Of a stretch of 64,000 bases of DNA, positions 19,558 to 30,206 are shown in pieces; position 1 is the stretch's first letter, and each line of letters opens with the position of its first letter. Below the pieces are notes generated by a model. The model searched no databases, was not told where the DNA came from, and saw only the letters and a list, made by a program, of their open reading frames with translations. Location of the stretch: IMG/VR virus record IMGVR_UViG_3300020469_003050, positions 186,001 through 250,000 of that record. One strand, written 5' to 3'. Made by a program: the position numbers and the translations under genes.

Positions 19558-20835
19558 ATGGCATTGGCGAAAAAAAGAAAATCACTAAAGAGAGCCCCAT
19601 CCAAACGCGGAGCAAAACTTGAATCACCTAAATGGGAAGGATGGGAAAAATTATCAGGACAAGAATTCCATCGTAAAAAAGAAGGCGCTCGTTCTTTTTA
19701 TTATGAAAACTATCAAGCCAAAGATTTATATGCATTTGTGTTCACTTGGATGGCTAAGAATGATTATACAAATGAAGATATTAAATTAGCTAAACTCCCA
19801 CCAGAACATATGATAAGCATTACTTGTGCGATATGTTGCAAATTGTTACTAGATGGTATGCCAGACTTTGTTCAAGTAGAAGATGATTATTGGCAAACTC
19901 TTGCTGGTACTAGCGGACATATAACTCCTATTACTGACTTTATTAAGAAACGTATAACAGAAACAATAGAGGCTGGCAAAGTAATCAAAGAAAAGAAATT
20001 AGAAGTAGAAAAAGAAGAAGCTAAAAAGAAGAATGTTTATAGACCTAGTATACAAGAACTTCTACGTCTAAAAGCATTGACTATGACAGACGATATTGAA
20101 AAGTTTATCGATGATTTTGATATGGATGTAAAGTCGTTAAAAGACTTTAAACCTCTGAATCTTTTACGTAGAAAAGAAGCAAAGGCAAATCATGCCAAAG
20201 TTATTAGAGAGTTATATACTGGTAACTTTGCTGAATATGATGAACTTGTTAACCCACCTTCAACAAAAGGTATGGACGAGAAAGAGTTAGATTATCATAA
20301 TCAGTTGATAGAAGGGTACAATCATTTAGATAAGTCTGAAATCAAAGCAATGCATGAAATGTACAAAAGCATTGTACAAGCATGTGATATGATTATTGCT
20401 AATGCAAAATTTGACCGAAAACCACGTAAACGTAAAGTAGTTAGTGCAGAGAAATTAGTATCTAAAATGAAGTTTATGAGAGAACATACAGAAACAGGTA
20501 CAGTTAGTATAAATCCAGTTGAGATTGTTGGAAGTAACATATTGCTTATATATAATACAAAGTCACGAAAAGTCGGTATATATCATACAAGTAATGTGGA
20601 TCCAATGAACCAAAAACGTGAAGGAAGTGGTCTAACAGTAAAAGGCACTACAATGATACGTTACAACGAAGAAACTAGTGTACAGAAGACACTACGTAAG
20701 CCTCAAGAGCAATTAAAGATGTTCAAAGATATTACAAAAAGGTCTCTCAATAAACAGTTTGAATCAGTAAAAAGTGTACCTACTAAAATGAATGGTAGAA
20801 TTAATGAACATACACTGCTCCTTAAGGTATTTTGA
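19558..20835 (+). CDS. Phage protein of unknown function
   Basis: 425 aa, GGAG RBS, TTGACA upstream at 19483; C-terminal INPVEIVG..LLIYNTKSRK...QKTLRKP...NGRINEHTLLLKVF. Confidence 0.65.
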   Translation: MALAKKRKSLKRAPSKRGAKLESPKWEGWEKLSGQEFHRKKEGARSFYYENYQAKDLYAFVFTWMAKNDYTNEDIKLAKLPPEHMISITCAICCKLLLDGMPDFVQVEDDYWQTLAGTSGHITPITDFIKKRITETIEAGKVIKEKKLEVEKEEAKKKNVYRPSIQELLRLKALTMTDDIEKFIDDFDMDVKSLKDFKPLNLLRRKEAKANHAKVIRELYTGNFAEYDELVNPPSTKGMDEKELDYHNQLIEGYNHLDKSEIKAMHEMYKSIVQACDMIIANAKFDRKPRKRKVVSAEKLVSKMKFMREHTETGTVSINPVEIVGSNILLIYNTKSRKVGIYHTSNVDPMNQKREGSGLTVKGTTMIRYNEETSVQKTLRKPQEQLKMFKDITKRSLNKQFESVKSVPTKMNGRINEHTLLLKVF

Positions 20836-20901
20836 TAAATAGATGTAGATACTGACGAGTATACTAAATTAACTATTAATTTATATCCCGGGAGAGATAG
20901 A

Positions 20902-21390
20902 ATGGCAGACAAAAAAAGACATTATTTTGCGGAAGTTAACATTCCCGATGCCGTAATTACGGCTCAGGGTGGCGCAGAAGTTCCTGGCACAAAGATGATC
21001 CAAAATCTTTTAGATGCTTATATTGAGGAAACTAACACTAAATATGCGAGAGCATTAAAAGATTTCATATACGAAACTGCAAAACCATATGGTTGGCATT
21101 CATCAGATGCTAATAAATGTGCATATGGTATCACATTTATCAATGCAAGACATTGGGCGAACTATTCGGCGTACACTGCTCCATTTAGACAGTGGTTAAA
21201 TGATACACATGGTGTAACATATACATATGAAGTTAAAACAGATGTACCTTACGAAATTGCTGAATCAGGAGTTTCGGGTGCAGGCGAACCAGTCAAAGAT
21301 GATGATGGGTTCAATCACACATATGCAACCGCTAGTCAAAATGAGATATTAGTTAATATCCCTACAGACCGTGGTTACACTATAGCATAA
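20902..21390 (+). CDS. Hypothetical late protein
   Basis: 162 aa; own GATAAATA (20834-20841), GGAG RBS and downstream terminator. Confidence 0.6.
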   Translation: MADKKRHYFAEVNIPDAVITAQGGAEVPGTKMIQNLLDAYIEETNTKYARALKDFIYETAKPYGWHSSDANKCAYGITFINARHWANYSAYTAPFRQWLNDTHGVTYTYEVKTDVPYEIAESGVSGAGEPVKDDDGFNHTYATASQNEILVNIPTDRGYTIA

Positions 21391-21410
21391 TAACTAAAAA
21401 TTTCAACAAA

Positions 21411-21439
21411 AAGAGCCCATTCTTGAGTGGGCTTTTTTT
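21411..21439 (+). terminator. Rho-independent terminator
   Basis: AAGAGCCCAT-TCTTGA-GTGGGCTTTT plus T-run. Confidence 0.8.
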
Positions 21440-21486
21440 ATATCTCCACTAAATGATAAATACTGTATATAGTTGGAGTAATATCA

Positions 21487-22236
21487 ATGGCTAAAAATAC
21501 AAAAATTAGAAATAATGTAATCAAGGAAGTAAGACTATTACTAGGTGATGGTATGGTCGATATTGAACTTGATCCAGACCACTATGATTTAGCAGTAGAT
21601 GTTGCTTTATCAAAGATAAGACAAAGGTCTGAAAACGCAGTAGAAGAAGATTTCTATTCAATAGAACTAAAAAAAGATGTAGACGAATACACTCTACCAG
21701 CAGAGATTACAGAAGTCAAACAAGTTTGGCATCGTTCATTTGGACATGGTATCTCTGGAGGCGTTGATATGGATCCATTTGAATTAGCATATGCTAACTC
21801 ATACTTTTTCTTAAACAATCACATTGGTGGTATCGCAACTTTTGATGCATTTGCACAATATCGTGAAGCATTAAACAGAGTAGCCGCTACAGATATCCAA
21901 TTCATTTGGAATCCAAGTACAAAAAAATTAAAACTACTACGAAGAATGAGAGCCGATGAAATGGTTCTAATTCATGTTCACTTAGAAAGACCAGAAGAAC
22001 AATTACTTGAAGATCCGTATCTTAAATCATGGATGAGAGATTATACTTTAGCATATTGTAAAAAGATGTTAGGTGAAGCAAGAAGTAAATTCTCATCATT
22101 ACCTGGTGCTCAAGGCGGAGTAACATTGAATGGTGCAGAAATGAAAAACGAAGCAGATGTTTTAATTGACAAGTTGGAAAGTGAACTACAAACTTATGTT
22201 GATGGTTCTGCTCCACTTGGGTTTGTAATTGGATAA
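21487..22236 (+). CDS. gp13: Neck / head-tail adaptor (T4 gp13-like)
   Basis: LLGDGMVDIELD, WMRDYTLAYCKKMLGEARSKF..LPG..GGVTLNG, ends GFVIG; GATAAATA at 21455-21462. Confidence 0.85.
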   Translation: MAKNTKIRNNVIKEVRLLLGDGMVDIELDPDHYDLAVDVALSKIRQRSENAVEEDFYSIELKKDVDEYTLPAEITEVKQVWHRSFGHGISGGVDMDPFELAYANSYFFLNNHIGGIATFDAFAQYREALNRVAATDIQFIWNPSTKKLKLLRRMRADEMVLIHVHLERPEEQLLEDPYLKSWMRDYTLAYCKKMLGEARSKFSSLPGAQGGVTLNGAEMKNEADVLIDKLESELQTYVDGSAPLGFVIG

Positions 22237-23353
22237 TTCATCTAACACTGCTTGTTCATTATTATGGTCTCATGCTAGACTTAAAGTAGACGGTACCGTT
22301 CTGCCTTGTTGTTTCGTAGAAGAAAATAATATCCCAAATTTAAACGAAGCCCCAAAATTATCTGATGGATTGAATAACGCATTCAATTCTAAATTCTTTG
22401 ACGATATAAGAAGTGAAATGTTGAAAGGTAAAAAACTTTCAATGTGTGACAAGTGTTGGAATGCAGAAGATAATGGTATTGAATCATTCAGACAACAGTA
22501 TAAACAATACGATAAATTTATAGGGCAACAACCAAAGATAAGATATATTGAAACTGCTTTATCCACACATTGTAATTTATCATGTAGAATGTGTAATGAT
22601 ACATTTAGTAGTAAATGGAAACTTATAAAAAATCCTGGAATGTCAGTTGATGTTTCAGTTGATTCATTTGACTTAGAATATTACGACACTGATTTATCTA
22701 AATTAGATTTCGTTAAGTTTGTTGGTGGAGAACCGTTAATAGATAAAAAACATGCAAACTTTTTAAAACAAATTATAAGCAAATCAGATGATCCAAGTAA
22801 TGTAAAATTGTTCTACAATACTAACGGTACAATAATACCAAAACAAGAAATATTTGATGCATGGTCTAAACTAAAAGAAGTAGAAGTTACATTTAGTATC
22901 GATGCTATAGGCGAAGCAAATGAGATACTAAGACCCCCACACAAATGGGATACTATTCAAAGCGCCATAAATCACTTTACAGAGCATAAATCAGATAATA
23001 TGACGTTAGGTATGCATACTGTGATAAACGTCTTTAACATACACCTATTAAAGGATATAGTAGAGTTTTCATACGGTCACTTTGGGAAGATGCCTTATTT
23101 TGATATATTAGACTATCCAGAGCATATGTCATTAAAGAACTTAGAAAGTAGTTTAAAGATTAAACTATCTAATGTACTCAAACATGCATTTGAGGGACAA
23201 GAAGAATTACAATTTTTATTAGAATTTATAAATCAACCAACAAAGTATTCATATACCCTTGACCAAATTATAGACAAAGAAAAAGAAAATGATATTAAGG
23301 TAAATACATTGATAGAAAAATTAGGAACAAGAGAAATATGGAATTCTTTTTAA
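22229..23353 (+). CDS. Radical SAM enzyme with N-terminal SPASM/twitch-type cluster
   Basis: C..LW...DGTVLPCC...CDKC then CNLSCRMC (CxxxCxxC), GGEP, YNTNGT, FSIDA. Confidence 0.85.
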   Translation: MDNSSNTACSLLWSHARLKVDGTVLPCCFVEENNIPNLNEAPKLSDGLNNAFNSKFFDDIRSEMLKGKKLSMCDKCWNAEDNGIESFRQQYKQYDKFIGQQPKIRYIETALSTHCNLSCRMCNDTFSSKWKLIKNPGMSVDVSVDSFDLEYYDTDLSKLDFVKFVGGEPLIDKKHANFLKQIISKSDDPSNVKLFYNTNGTIIPKQEIFDAWSKLKEVEVTFSIDAIGEANEILRPPHKWDTIQSAINHFTEHKSDNMTLGMHTVINVFNIHLLKDIVEFSYGHFGKMPYFDILDYPEHMSLKNLESSLKIKLSNVLKHAFEGQEELQFLLEFINQPTKYSYTLDQIIDKEKENDIKVNTLIEKLGTREIWNSF

Positions 23354-23661
23354 AAGCATTAATATCAGGAATAGTAATAGCATCAGTTAGTATGGTGGCT
23401 CAAAGAAGTGCTACAATGGCGGCATTTTTATTGGGTATACCTTTTACTGCCTTTCTTGCAATGATTTTTATGTGGTATTCAGGCATTGATGCAGATACTT
23501 TTGCAAAATTTAGTTTCGAAACTACGTATTTTGTCTTGACAAGTCTCGTATTTTTTGTTATATTTGGGTTACTAGTTACAAAGATAGGATTTTGGTGTAG
23601 TGTTATAGCCGGTTTATCTGTAACGATAATACTGTATAACATTCTTTTGAGGATTATATGA
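23338..23661 (+). CDS. Small multi-pass membrane protein (DUF3147-like)
   Basis: 107 aa, four hydrophobic segments, FLKALISGIVIASVS...LLGIP. Confidence 0.6.
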   Translation: MEFFLKALISGIVIASVSMVAQRSATMAAFLLGIPFTAFLAMIFMWYSGIDADTFAKFSFETTYFVLTSLVFFVIFGLLVTKIGFWCSVIAGLSVTIILYNILLRII

Positions 23662-24284
23662 AAAAAATTATAGGTATCTGTGGGCTAATAGGTCATGGAA
23701 AAGACACGGTCGCAGGTCACTTAATTGAAAACGGCTTTCAACGAATAAGTTTTGCAGGAGTTCTAAAAGATGCATGTGCAAATATATTTGGATGGGACAG
23801 AATTCTTTTAGAAGGTAATACATCAGAGAGTAGAGTATTCAGAGAACAAGTAGATGAATGGTGGGCAAAAAGATTAGGTATTCCTAACTTCACACCAAGA
23901 TGGGCCTTACAACATGTAGGTACAGATGTGTTCAGAACACATTTTCACCCAGATATCTGGGTAGCGGCTTGTGAAAGACAAGTCGAATTAACAGACAAAA
24001 ATGTAGTCATTTCTGATTGCAGATTTTACAATGAATTAGATGTTATTAAACGATTAGGTGGCAAGACTACTGTAGTATGGCGAAAAGAAAAGCCTGAATG
24101 GTGGCAGAATGCTTGTACATCAAATAAGACTAAATCAGAGAATATGCTTGATCCCATGAAACGATATCCAGACGTACATAAAAGCGAGTATAGTTGGGCT
24201 GGATGGGACTTTGACATAGAATTCGACAATTCTAAAGACTTGGAGCATCTATATAGCCAAGTTACAGATGTATTGTCTACGTAG
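23658..24284 (+). CDS. Deoxynucleoside monophosphate kinase (T4 gp1-like)
   Basis: IIGICGLIGHGKDT P-loop, TPRWALQHVGTD, VISDCRF.NE. Confidence 0.9.
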   Translation: MKKIIGICGLIGHGKDTVAGHLIENGFQRISFAGVLKDACANIFGWDRILLEGNTSESRVFREQVDEWWAKRLGIPNFTPRWALQHVGTDVFRTHFHPDIWVAACERQVELTDKNVVISDCRFYNELDVIKRLGGKTTVVWRKEKPEWWQNACTSNKTKSENMLDPMKRYPDVHKSEYSWAGWDFDIEFDNSKDLEHLYSQVTDVLST

Positions 24285-24384
24285 TTAATTCAAAAACAGC
24301 CACTTTTTTGTGTTTTTCGATAAATAGTAGTAGCAATAAAAGAATTTTGCTACAATGCAATTTATATAATTAAGGAGAAACAGA

Positions 24385-27063
24385 ATGCCTACATTAGTAT
24401 CACCGGGCGTGTCAGTTGTTGTTAGTGATGAGTCGCAATATGCGGCCGCTACACAAGGTACACTTCCACTACTAGTCGTTGCTACGGCAACAAACAAAAC
24501 AGACGCATCTGGTTCAGCAATCGCATCTGGAACACTTGAGGCTAACGCCGGTGTTGCATATCTTGTTTCTTCACAACGAGAATTAGTTGAAACTTTCGGC
24601 GAACCTGTGTTCTATGAAGTTGGCGGATCGGTTGTGCAAGGAGCAGAGACAAGTGAATATGGCCTACTAGCCGCGTATCAATACTTAGGAGTTTCAAACA
24701 ACGCCTATGTTGTACGTGCTAACGTGGACATGTCACAATTAGAAGCGACTTCAAACGAACCAGCTGGCGCAATTACAAACGGAACATATTGGCACGATAC
24801 GTCAACATCTGATTTTGGTATCTTTAAACATGATGGTACAGACTGGAAAGCAGTTACACCTAAAGTGTTAACAGATGCACCAGGAACAGGTAATGTTGAG
24901 GCTATCAATGCTGATGGTTTTGCATCACCGAAAAACACATTCGGTTCTGCAGGAGACATCGCCGTTGTAACATCAACAACAAAAATTACTTACTGGGAAA
25001 AAGTAGGTGTTAACTGGGTCATCACTGGTGACACTGGTTCATCAGATTTTCAGTGGTCTGCTTTTGCACCAACAACTAAATCAGATAACAATGCTTTAGC
25101 GGGTGGCGAAATTTATGTTAGACTTACAAAACAAGGCGGTGGTTTAGATTTATCAGCGGCTGTTTATAATTCTACTACAGGCTTATGGACATCAGTTCAA
25201 GCACCACTATATTCTACAGATGATATCGCAGGAACATCATTAATTGATGAAGGTGATATCTATGCACGTTATAACTCAGCATTAGGTTTCGTTGAGTTAC
25301 GTAGACATACTGGTAAAGTAGCTACAACAATCACAACAGGTCAAATCCCTGATACTACAAGTATCACTGCGGACTTCACAGTTGAAGGTACACAGTTCAA
25401 TGTTACTGCGGTAACATTAGATGCTCTTGTAGTACAAATGCAAATGAACACAAATTTAAATGCGGCTAACGTTTCAGTTGAAAAAATCGGTGCTGATAAA
25501 GTCAGATGGACTAAATCAGACGGATTAGAACTAAACATCGTATTTTCTTCTGGTTTCAATGCAATGGGACTTGCTCAATCAACAAACATTGATAGTGTTT
25601 GGGCAGACTTATCATATGAAGCATCTTCATCTACACCAAAAGGTGCAGTAGCAGAAGGTACTCTATGGTTTGATGCAGATTTAAAAATTGAAGTACTTAG
25701 AAATGCTTACGTAAGTGGTGTTCAGCAATGGCAACAACATGCTTGGTCTGAGGACACAGACGGTTTAATGGGCAATGAATTACAATTACGTTCAGGTATG
25801 CCAACAAAACGTAAAGATGGTACAACTAATCTATTCACTGGCGACATTTGGGTAGATAGTGATGCTATGCCTTATCCACATGTCTATCGTTGGGACGGTG
25901 GCAAATGGGTTAAACTAGATAATGCTGACCAATCATCTAGCAATGGTATCGTTTTCTCTCATTTCTCAGAGGAAGCACCATACGATGCAAACGGAAACAT
26001 TAATTCACGTACTGCACATGCCAAAACAGCAAATGCTGAATTGCATCCAGACGGTATGTTATTAGTGAACATGGATTACTCTACTTACAATGTTAAAAAA
26101 TATGTTAACGGTAAGTGGGAATGGGCATCAGGTTCTAACTTAGATGGCTCAGGCAAATTCGGTAAAGAAGCACAACGTAATATGGTTGTGGAAGCTATGC
26201 AGGCGTCAATCGCAGGTAATGATGGTATTCGTTCAGAATCAGTTTACTTTAACTTGATTGCGGCTCCTGGTTATCCAGAACTAATGGACGAAATGATTGC
26301 TCTAAACAAAGATAAGAAAGAAGTTGCTTTCGTTATTGGTGATACACCAATGGACTTGAAATCAGATTCTACATCTATGAAAAATTGGGCAACTGATAAC
26401 GTTCCAGCAGAATCATATGCAGGCGTTTATTACCCACATGGTCTTTCAACAGACTTATCAGGTAATGATGTTGTTATTCCATCATCAGCAATCGCACTAC
26501 GTACTATCGCATTCTCAGACCAAGTATCATTCCCATGGTTCGCTCCAGCGGGCTTGACACGTGGTGTTGTAACGAATGCAAGTAAAGTAGGTTACGTAAC
26601 AGATGAAAGTGAATTTGCACAAGTTCGTTTAAGTAACGGACAACGTGATGCACTTTACACTTCACGTGTTAATCCAATCGCAGACCTTCCAAATCAAGGT
26701 CTAGTAGTTTATGGTCAAAAAACAGCACAGGCATTTGCATCAGCACTTGACCGTATTAATGTTGCGAGACTTGTAAACTATATGCGTTTCAATTTGGATC
26801 AATTATCTCGTGGTTTCTTATTCGAACAGAATGACAAAATCACACGTGATAACATGCGTGATGCAGTAGAACGTTTCTGTGGTGAACTAGTAACTAACAG
26901 AGGTCTATTCGACTTCTTAGTTGTTTGTGACGAATCAAACAATACTCCGGCTCGTATCGATAGAAACGAGTTATGGGTAGACGTTGCAATTCAACCAGTG
27001 AAAGCAGTAGAGTTTATCTACATCCCACTACGTATCAGAAATACAGGCGAATCTCTAGCGTAA
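24385..27063 (+). CDS. gp18: Contractile tail sheath protein (gp18-like)
   Basis: LVSPGVSV...DES start, PWFAPAGLTRG, VYGQKT, SALDRINVARL, CDESNNTPARIDRNEL, PVKAVEFIYI; GATAAATA at 24319-24326. Confidence 0.95.
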   Translation: MPTLVSPGVSVVVSDESQYAAATQGTLPLLVVATATNKTDASGSAIASGTLEANAGVAYLVSSQRELVETFGEPVFYEVGGSVVQGAETSEYGLLAAYQYLGVSNNAYVVRANVDMSQLEATSNEPAGAITNGTYWHDTSTSDFGIFKHDGTDWKAVTPKVLTDAPGTGNVEAINADGFASPKNTFGSAGDIAVVTSTTKITYWEKVGVNWVITGDTGSSDFQWSAFAPTTKSDNNALAGGEIYVRLTKQGGGLDLSAAVYNSTTGLWTSVQAPLYSTDDIAGTSLIDEGDIYARYNSALGFVELRRHTGKVATTITTGQIPDTTSITADFTVEGTQFNVTAVTLDALVVQMQMNTNLNAANVSVEKIGADKVRWTKSDGLELNIVFSSGFNAMGLAQSTNIDSVWADLSYEASSSTPKGAVAEGTLWFDADLKIEVLRNAYVSGVQQWQQHAWSEDTDGLMGNELQLRSGMPTKRKDGTTNLFTGDIWVDSDAMPYPHVYRWDGGKWVKLDNADQSSSNGIVFSHFSEEAPYDANGNINSRTAHAKTANAELHPDGMLLVNMDYSTYNVKKYVNGKWEWASGSNLDGSGKFGKEAQRNMVVEAMQASIAGNDGIRSESVYFNLIAAPGYPELMDEMIALNKDKKEVAFVIGDTPMDLKSDSTSMKNWATDNVPAESYAGVYYPHGLSTDLSGNDVVIPSSAIALRTIAFSDQVSFPWFAPAGLTRGVVTNASKVGYVTDESEFAQVRLSNGQRDALYTSRVNPIADLPNQGLVVYGQKTAQAFASALDRINVARLVNYMRFNLDQLSRGFLFEQNDKITRDNMRDAVERFCGELVTNRGLFDFLVVCDESNNTPARIDRNELWVDVAIQPVKAVEFIYIPLRIRNTGESLA

Positions 27064-27090
27064 GCTGAGAAAAACCAATAAAAATCTTAG

Positions 27091-27116
27091 AAACCCGGCA
27101 GTAATGTCGGGTTTTT
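27091..27116 (+). terminator. Rho-independent terminator
   Basis: AAACCCGGCA-GTAA-TGTCGGGTTTTT. Confidence 0.8.
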
Positions 27117-27200
27117 ATTAACTACAACTTTAATTATATTCATAAAAGATAAATACTCTTATATAAAGTAAAGTTTCGAAACTTTTTAGGAGACAAAAAC

Positions 27201-27800
27201 ATGGCAAGAACATTAAATACTTTTGGTGTACCTACAGACAGCGGCGATGGCGTAACTGGCTCAGGTATTCTACAGCCTAAATTAAACTATCGTTTCCGTG
27301 TTCAAGTAGCAGGTTTCGGTGGAGTGGCTACAAACACTACCGAATTCACAAGACAAGTTATGAACGTAACTCGTCCAAAGATTACACACGAATCAATTCC
27401 TGTAGATTCATATAACTCTCGTATGTATATGATGGGTAAACACACTTGGGAACCTATCACAATTACTCTACGTGATGATATTGCAAACAATTTAACTAAA
27501 CTAGTAGGTAGACAAGTACAATCACAGTTGAACCACAGAAATCAAGCTGGTCCGGCGGCAGGTACTAACTACAAGTTTTCTACATTAATTGAAATACTTG
27601 ACGGTAACTCAGGCAATCCAAACGAACAATGGCAACTAGAAGGTTGTTTTGTTCAGAATGCAGATTATTCTCAGTCAGATTACTCAGTTTCAGATCCTGT
27701 GACAATCGCACTAACACTACAGTACGATAACGCAGTATTCACTGATACTGAAATTATGCCTGACACAACATTCGTTAATAATTCAAGTATTCTTGGTTAA
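27201..27800 (+). CDS. gp19: Tail tube protein (gp19-like)
   Basis: PKLNYRFRV, GKHTWEPITITLRDD, WQLEGCF, LTLQYDNA; follows the sheath gene; GATAAATA at 27148-27155. Confidence 0.85.
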   Translation: MARTLNTFGVPTDSGDGVTGSGILQPKLNYRFRVQVAGFGGVATNTTEFTRQVMNVTRPKITHESIPVDSYNSRMYMMGKHTWEPITITLRDDIANNLTKLVGRQVQSQLNHRNQAGPAAGTNYKFSTLIEILDGNSGNPNEQWQLEGCFVQNADYSQSDYSVSDPVTIALTLQYDNAVFTDTEIMPDTTFVNNSSILG

Positions 27801-27816
27801 TCTGAGGTAGGCTATT

Positions 27817-29427
27817 ATGGCTACACAGAAACAAGGCGGCAACAATAAGCAAGGCAATATTGTAGTTCAGGATAGCAGTAATGCCAGAAAAAGATTTGGG
27901 TTCGACGGCGTCGGACCCATTACTACAGCTCCAAAATTTGGAGATATGTGGTATGTGGAATTCCACACAGTTGAATCAGGCGCCTTAGGCCAATCACTTC
28001 CAAATAACAGATTCGTTAAAGCAGTAGGTGGGGTATCTATTGCCACTTCCACTGTACCAATCGATAGATATGGTAAACGAACATATATTCCTACACGTGT
28101 AGATTTTGGTGAAGTATCGATTAGTATGTATGATACTATTAATGGTGATACTTTTAACTTCATGAAAGATATCTATAAAAGATTTTTTAATAACAGTGAT
28201 ATACCAACCGATACAGCAAATATAGAAAAAAGTATTGCTGATATAAATCAAGGTAGAAGGTTCCCAACATCTGGAAAATCATTTCATCAAAATTTTGAAA
28301 AAGTTGTAATATTTCACTTCTTTGGTAACTTAGACGGTGCACCAAGTCCAACTGACTTTACTGGTACTGTACATGACCAAGTAGGCACAGGAAAAATTCA
28401 AAAAATTACACTAGTTAACCCTTTAGTTACATCTATTAATTTCTCACCGAGTGATTATGCCGATGCACAATTAAAGATGATTGACTTTAATCTGCAACCA
28501 GAAAATGTCACATTCGAAACAGTTACAGATGAGATAGCATTCCCTAAATGGATGACAGATGGTCAACCGTATATACTGGAGTCTTTAGTTAGTCAATCAA
28601 GTGTTCGTGACACAGAAGCAGGGACGAATGAATGGAATAATAGACTTAATGACCTATTAGCACAATTTAAGAAAGATCCAAGTGATGTTCTTAGTGCAGT
28701 AAACGAAGAACAAGAACTTCCTTTCTGGTCAAAGAATACTGATAGGTCTTCACTTGCTAACCAAACTGCGGAAACACAAGCACTTATCAATCAACAAAAA
28801 CTTGATGAGTTAACAAAACTTAATAATGCAGTAAAATTTTCTGGTTTACCTATGAATGAATTCAATGGCCAAGACATTGACCCTGCTCAATTTTCAAATG
28901 TGTTAGATGCACAGAATGAAATTGCACAAGCAGAATTTGAAGAAGCAAAATCAAGACATCAGTTTGTAGAGGCTCTTCCAACAAATGAAAGATTTACTGA
29001 TCCTTTTGTTCCAGAAACAAAATATCCTCAAATAGCAGATTTTGCCAACTTAGGTAACACATATGACGGCGGTACAGGAAGATACGGTGGAAGTAACTTA
29101 GGAGGAGCGATTAAAAACGAATTAGTAAATGCTTTCTTCAATGGAAGAAGTATTAATTGGGGTAACATAAGAGATTCAGCGGCTCAAGGCCTTTTAGGAA
29201 ATTCGGGTATCGGTTCTATACAGAATTTAAGTAAAACGAAACAAAGTAAGTTCGGTATCTTAGGAGATTTAGTTAGAGACGGTATTAATAATTCAAATAC
29301 AAGAAGTGGTGGACAAGCAAATCAGACTGTTACTGTCCCTTCAAATGGAACATCGGCAAATGCTACTTCACTTAACAACGCACAATCTTCTATTAATGTG
29401 TTAAAGAATTTAACGAGGGGTTTATAA
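27817..29427 (+). CDS. Tube-like baseplate/tail initiator protein (gp48/gp54-like)
   Basis: N-terminal tube-fold motifs (APKFG..WYVEF, DRYGKR..PTRVDF..VSISMYD, LVNPLVTS); follows the tube gene. Confidence 0.55.
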   Translation: MATQKQGGNNKQGNIVVQDSSNARKRFGFDGVGPITTAPKFGDMWYVEFHTVESGALGQSLPNNRFVKAVGGVSIATSTVPIDRYGKRTYIPTRVDFGEVSISMYDTINGDTFNFMKDIYKRFFNNSDIPTDTANIEKSIADINQGRRFPTSGKSFHQNFEKVVIFHFFGNLDGAPSPTDFTGTVHDQVGTGKIQKITLVNPLVTSINFSPSDYADAQLKMIDFNLQPENVTFETVTDEIAFPKWMTDGQPYILESLVSQSSVRDTEAGTNEWNNRLNDLLAQFKKDPSDVLSAVNEEQELPFWSKNTDRSSLANQTAETQALINQQKLDELTKLNNAVKFSGLPMNEFNGQDIDPAQFSNVLDAQNEIAQAEFEEAKSRHQFVEALPTNERFTDPFVPETKYPQIADFANLGNTYDGGTGRYGGSNLGGAIKNELVNAFFNGRSINWGNIRDSAAQGLLGNSGIGSIQNLSKTKQSKFGILGDLVRDGINNSNTRSGGQANQTVTVPSNGTSANATSLNNAQSSINVLKNLTRGL

Positions 29428-29428
29428 G

Positions 29429-29698
29429 ATGGCATTCGACATAGATGTATTAAAGGCAAAATTCCGAAAGAAAGGCTTCACAGAAGCCAAAGCAGATACG
29501 TTTGCTAGAGAAATAACAAACGTAGCAAGAAGTTACGGACTAAATCCATACCAACTAGTCGATGAAATTAAACCTAACTTTGACTTAAATGATTTAGGCG
29601 CATTTGTAATTAATAGTTCTTTGAGATTTGGTTATCAGACTGGTACAATAAAACCATCTAAACCTAACGCTATGGTCCAAAGAGCAATTATTAAATGA
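29429..29698 (+). CDS. Small hypothetical tail-region protein
   Basis: 89 aa, tightly coupled to both neighbours. Confidence 0.55.
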   Translation: MAFDIDVLKAKFRKKGFTEAKADTFAREITNVARSYGLNPYQLVDEIKPNFDLNDLGAFVINSSLRFGYQTGTIKPSKPNAMVQRAIIK

Positions 29699-30156
29699 GA
29701 CAGAAATATCATCAAGGAAAATATACAATAAAAAACCCACAGAAGTACTCTGGGAGGGGTGAGCCTACTTTTAGAAGTAGTTGGGAACACACTTTCATGA
29801 ATTTCTGTGATGATAATCCAAGTGTTGTAGCTTGGGCAAGTGAACCTTGTAAGATAACATATCAAAACCCTTTAAATGGCAAAGTTACTGGATACGTTCC
29901 TGACTTTATCATTGTTTATATGGATAAAAAGGGCAATAAGAATGCAGAGTTGGTTGAAATCAAACCTTCAACACAATCTAACCCAGAATTAGCAAGAAGA
30001 AGAACAGACAAAGCGGCTGTTGTACAGAATTTTGCTAAATGGGATGCGGCAACCTCTTGGGCTAAGAAAAGAGGCATGCGTTTTCGTGTATTAAACGAAG
30101 GTGACATATATCAAAACACAAAAAAGCCTAAACCTGTCAAAAGAAAAAAGAAATAA
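29695..30156 (+). CDS. gp4: Head completion protein (T4 gp4-like, TnsA-type nuclease fold)
   Basis: KNPQKY.G, FRSSWE..FM.FCD.NP.V..WASE, YVPDF, LVEIKP, AKWDAA. Confidence 0.9.
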   Translation: MRQKYHQGKYTIKNPQKYSGRGEPTFRSSWEHTFMNFCDDNPSVVAWASEPCKITYQNPLNGKVTGYVPDFIIVYMDKKGNKNAELVEIKPSTQSNPELARRRTDKAAVVQNFAKWDAATSWAKKRGMRFRVLNEGDIYQNTKKPKPVKRKKK

Positions 30157-30206
30157 TTTTTAGCAATGATAAATACTATTAACTACTGATATAATAGGAA
30201 TAACAG

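Noticed and set aside
29695-30156. Transposase (TnsA-like) mobile element
   Set aside because: Motifs and context match the T4 gp4 head-completion protein; no terminal repeats or other transposition genes.
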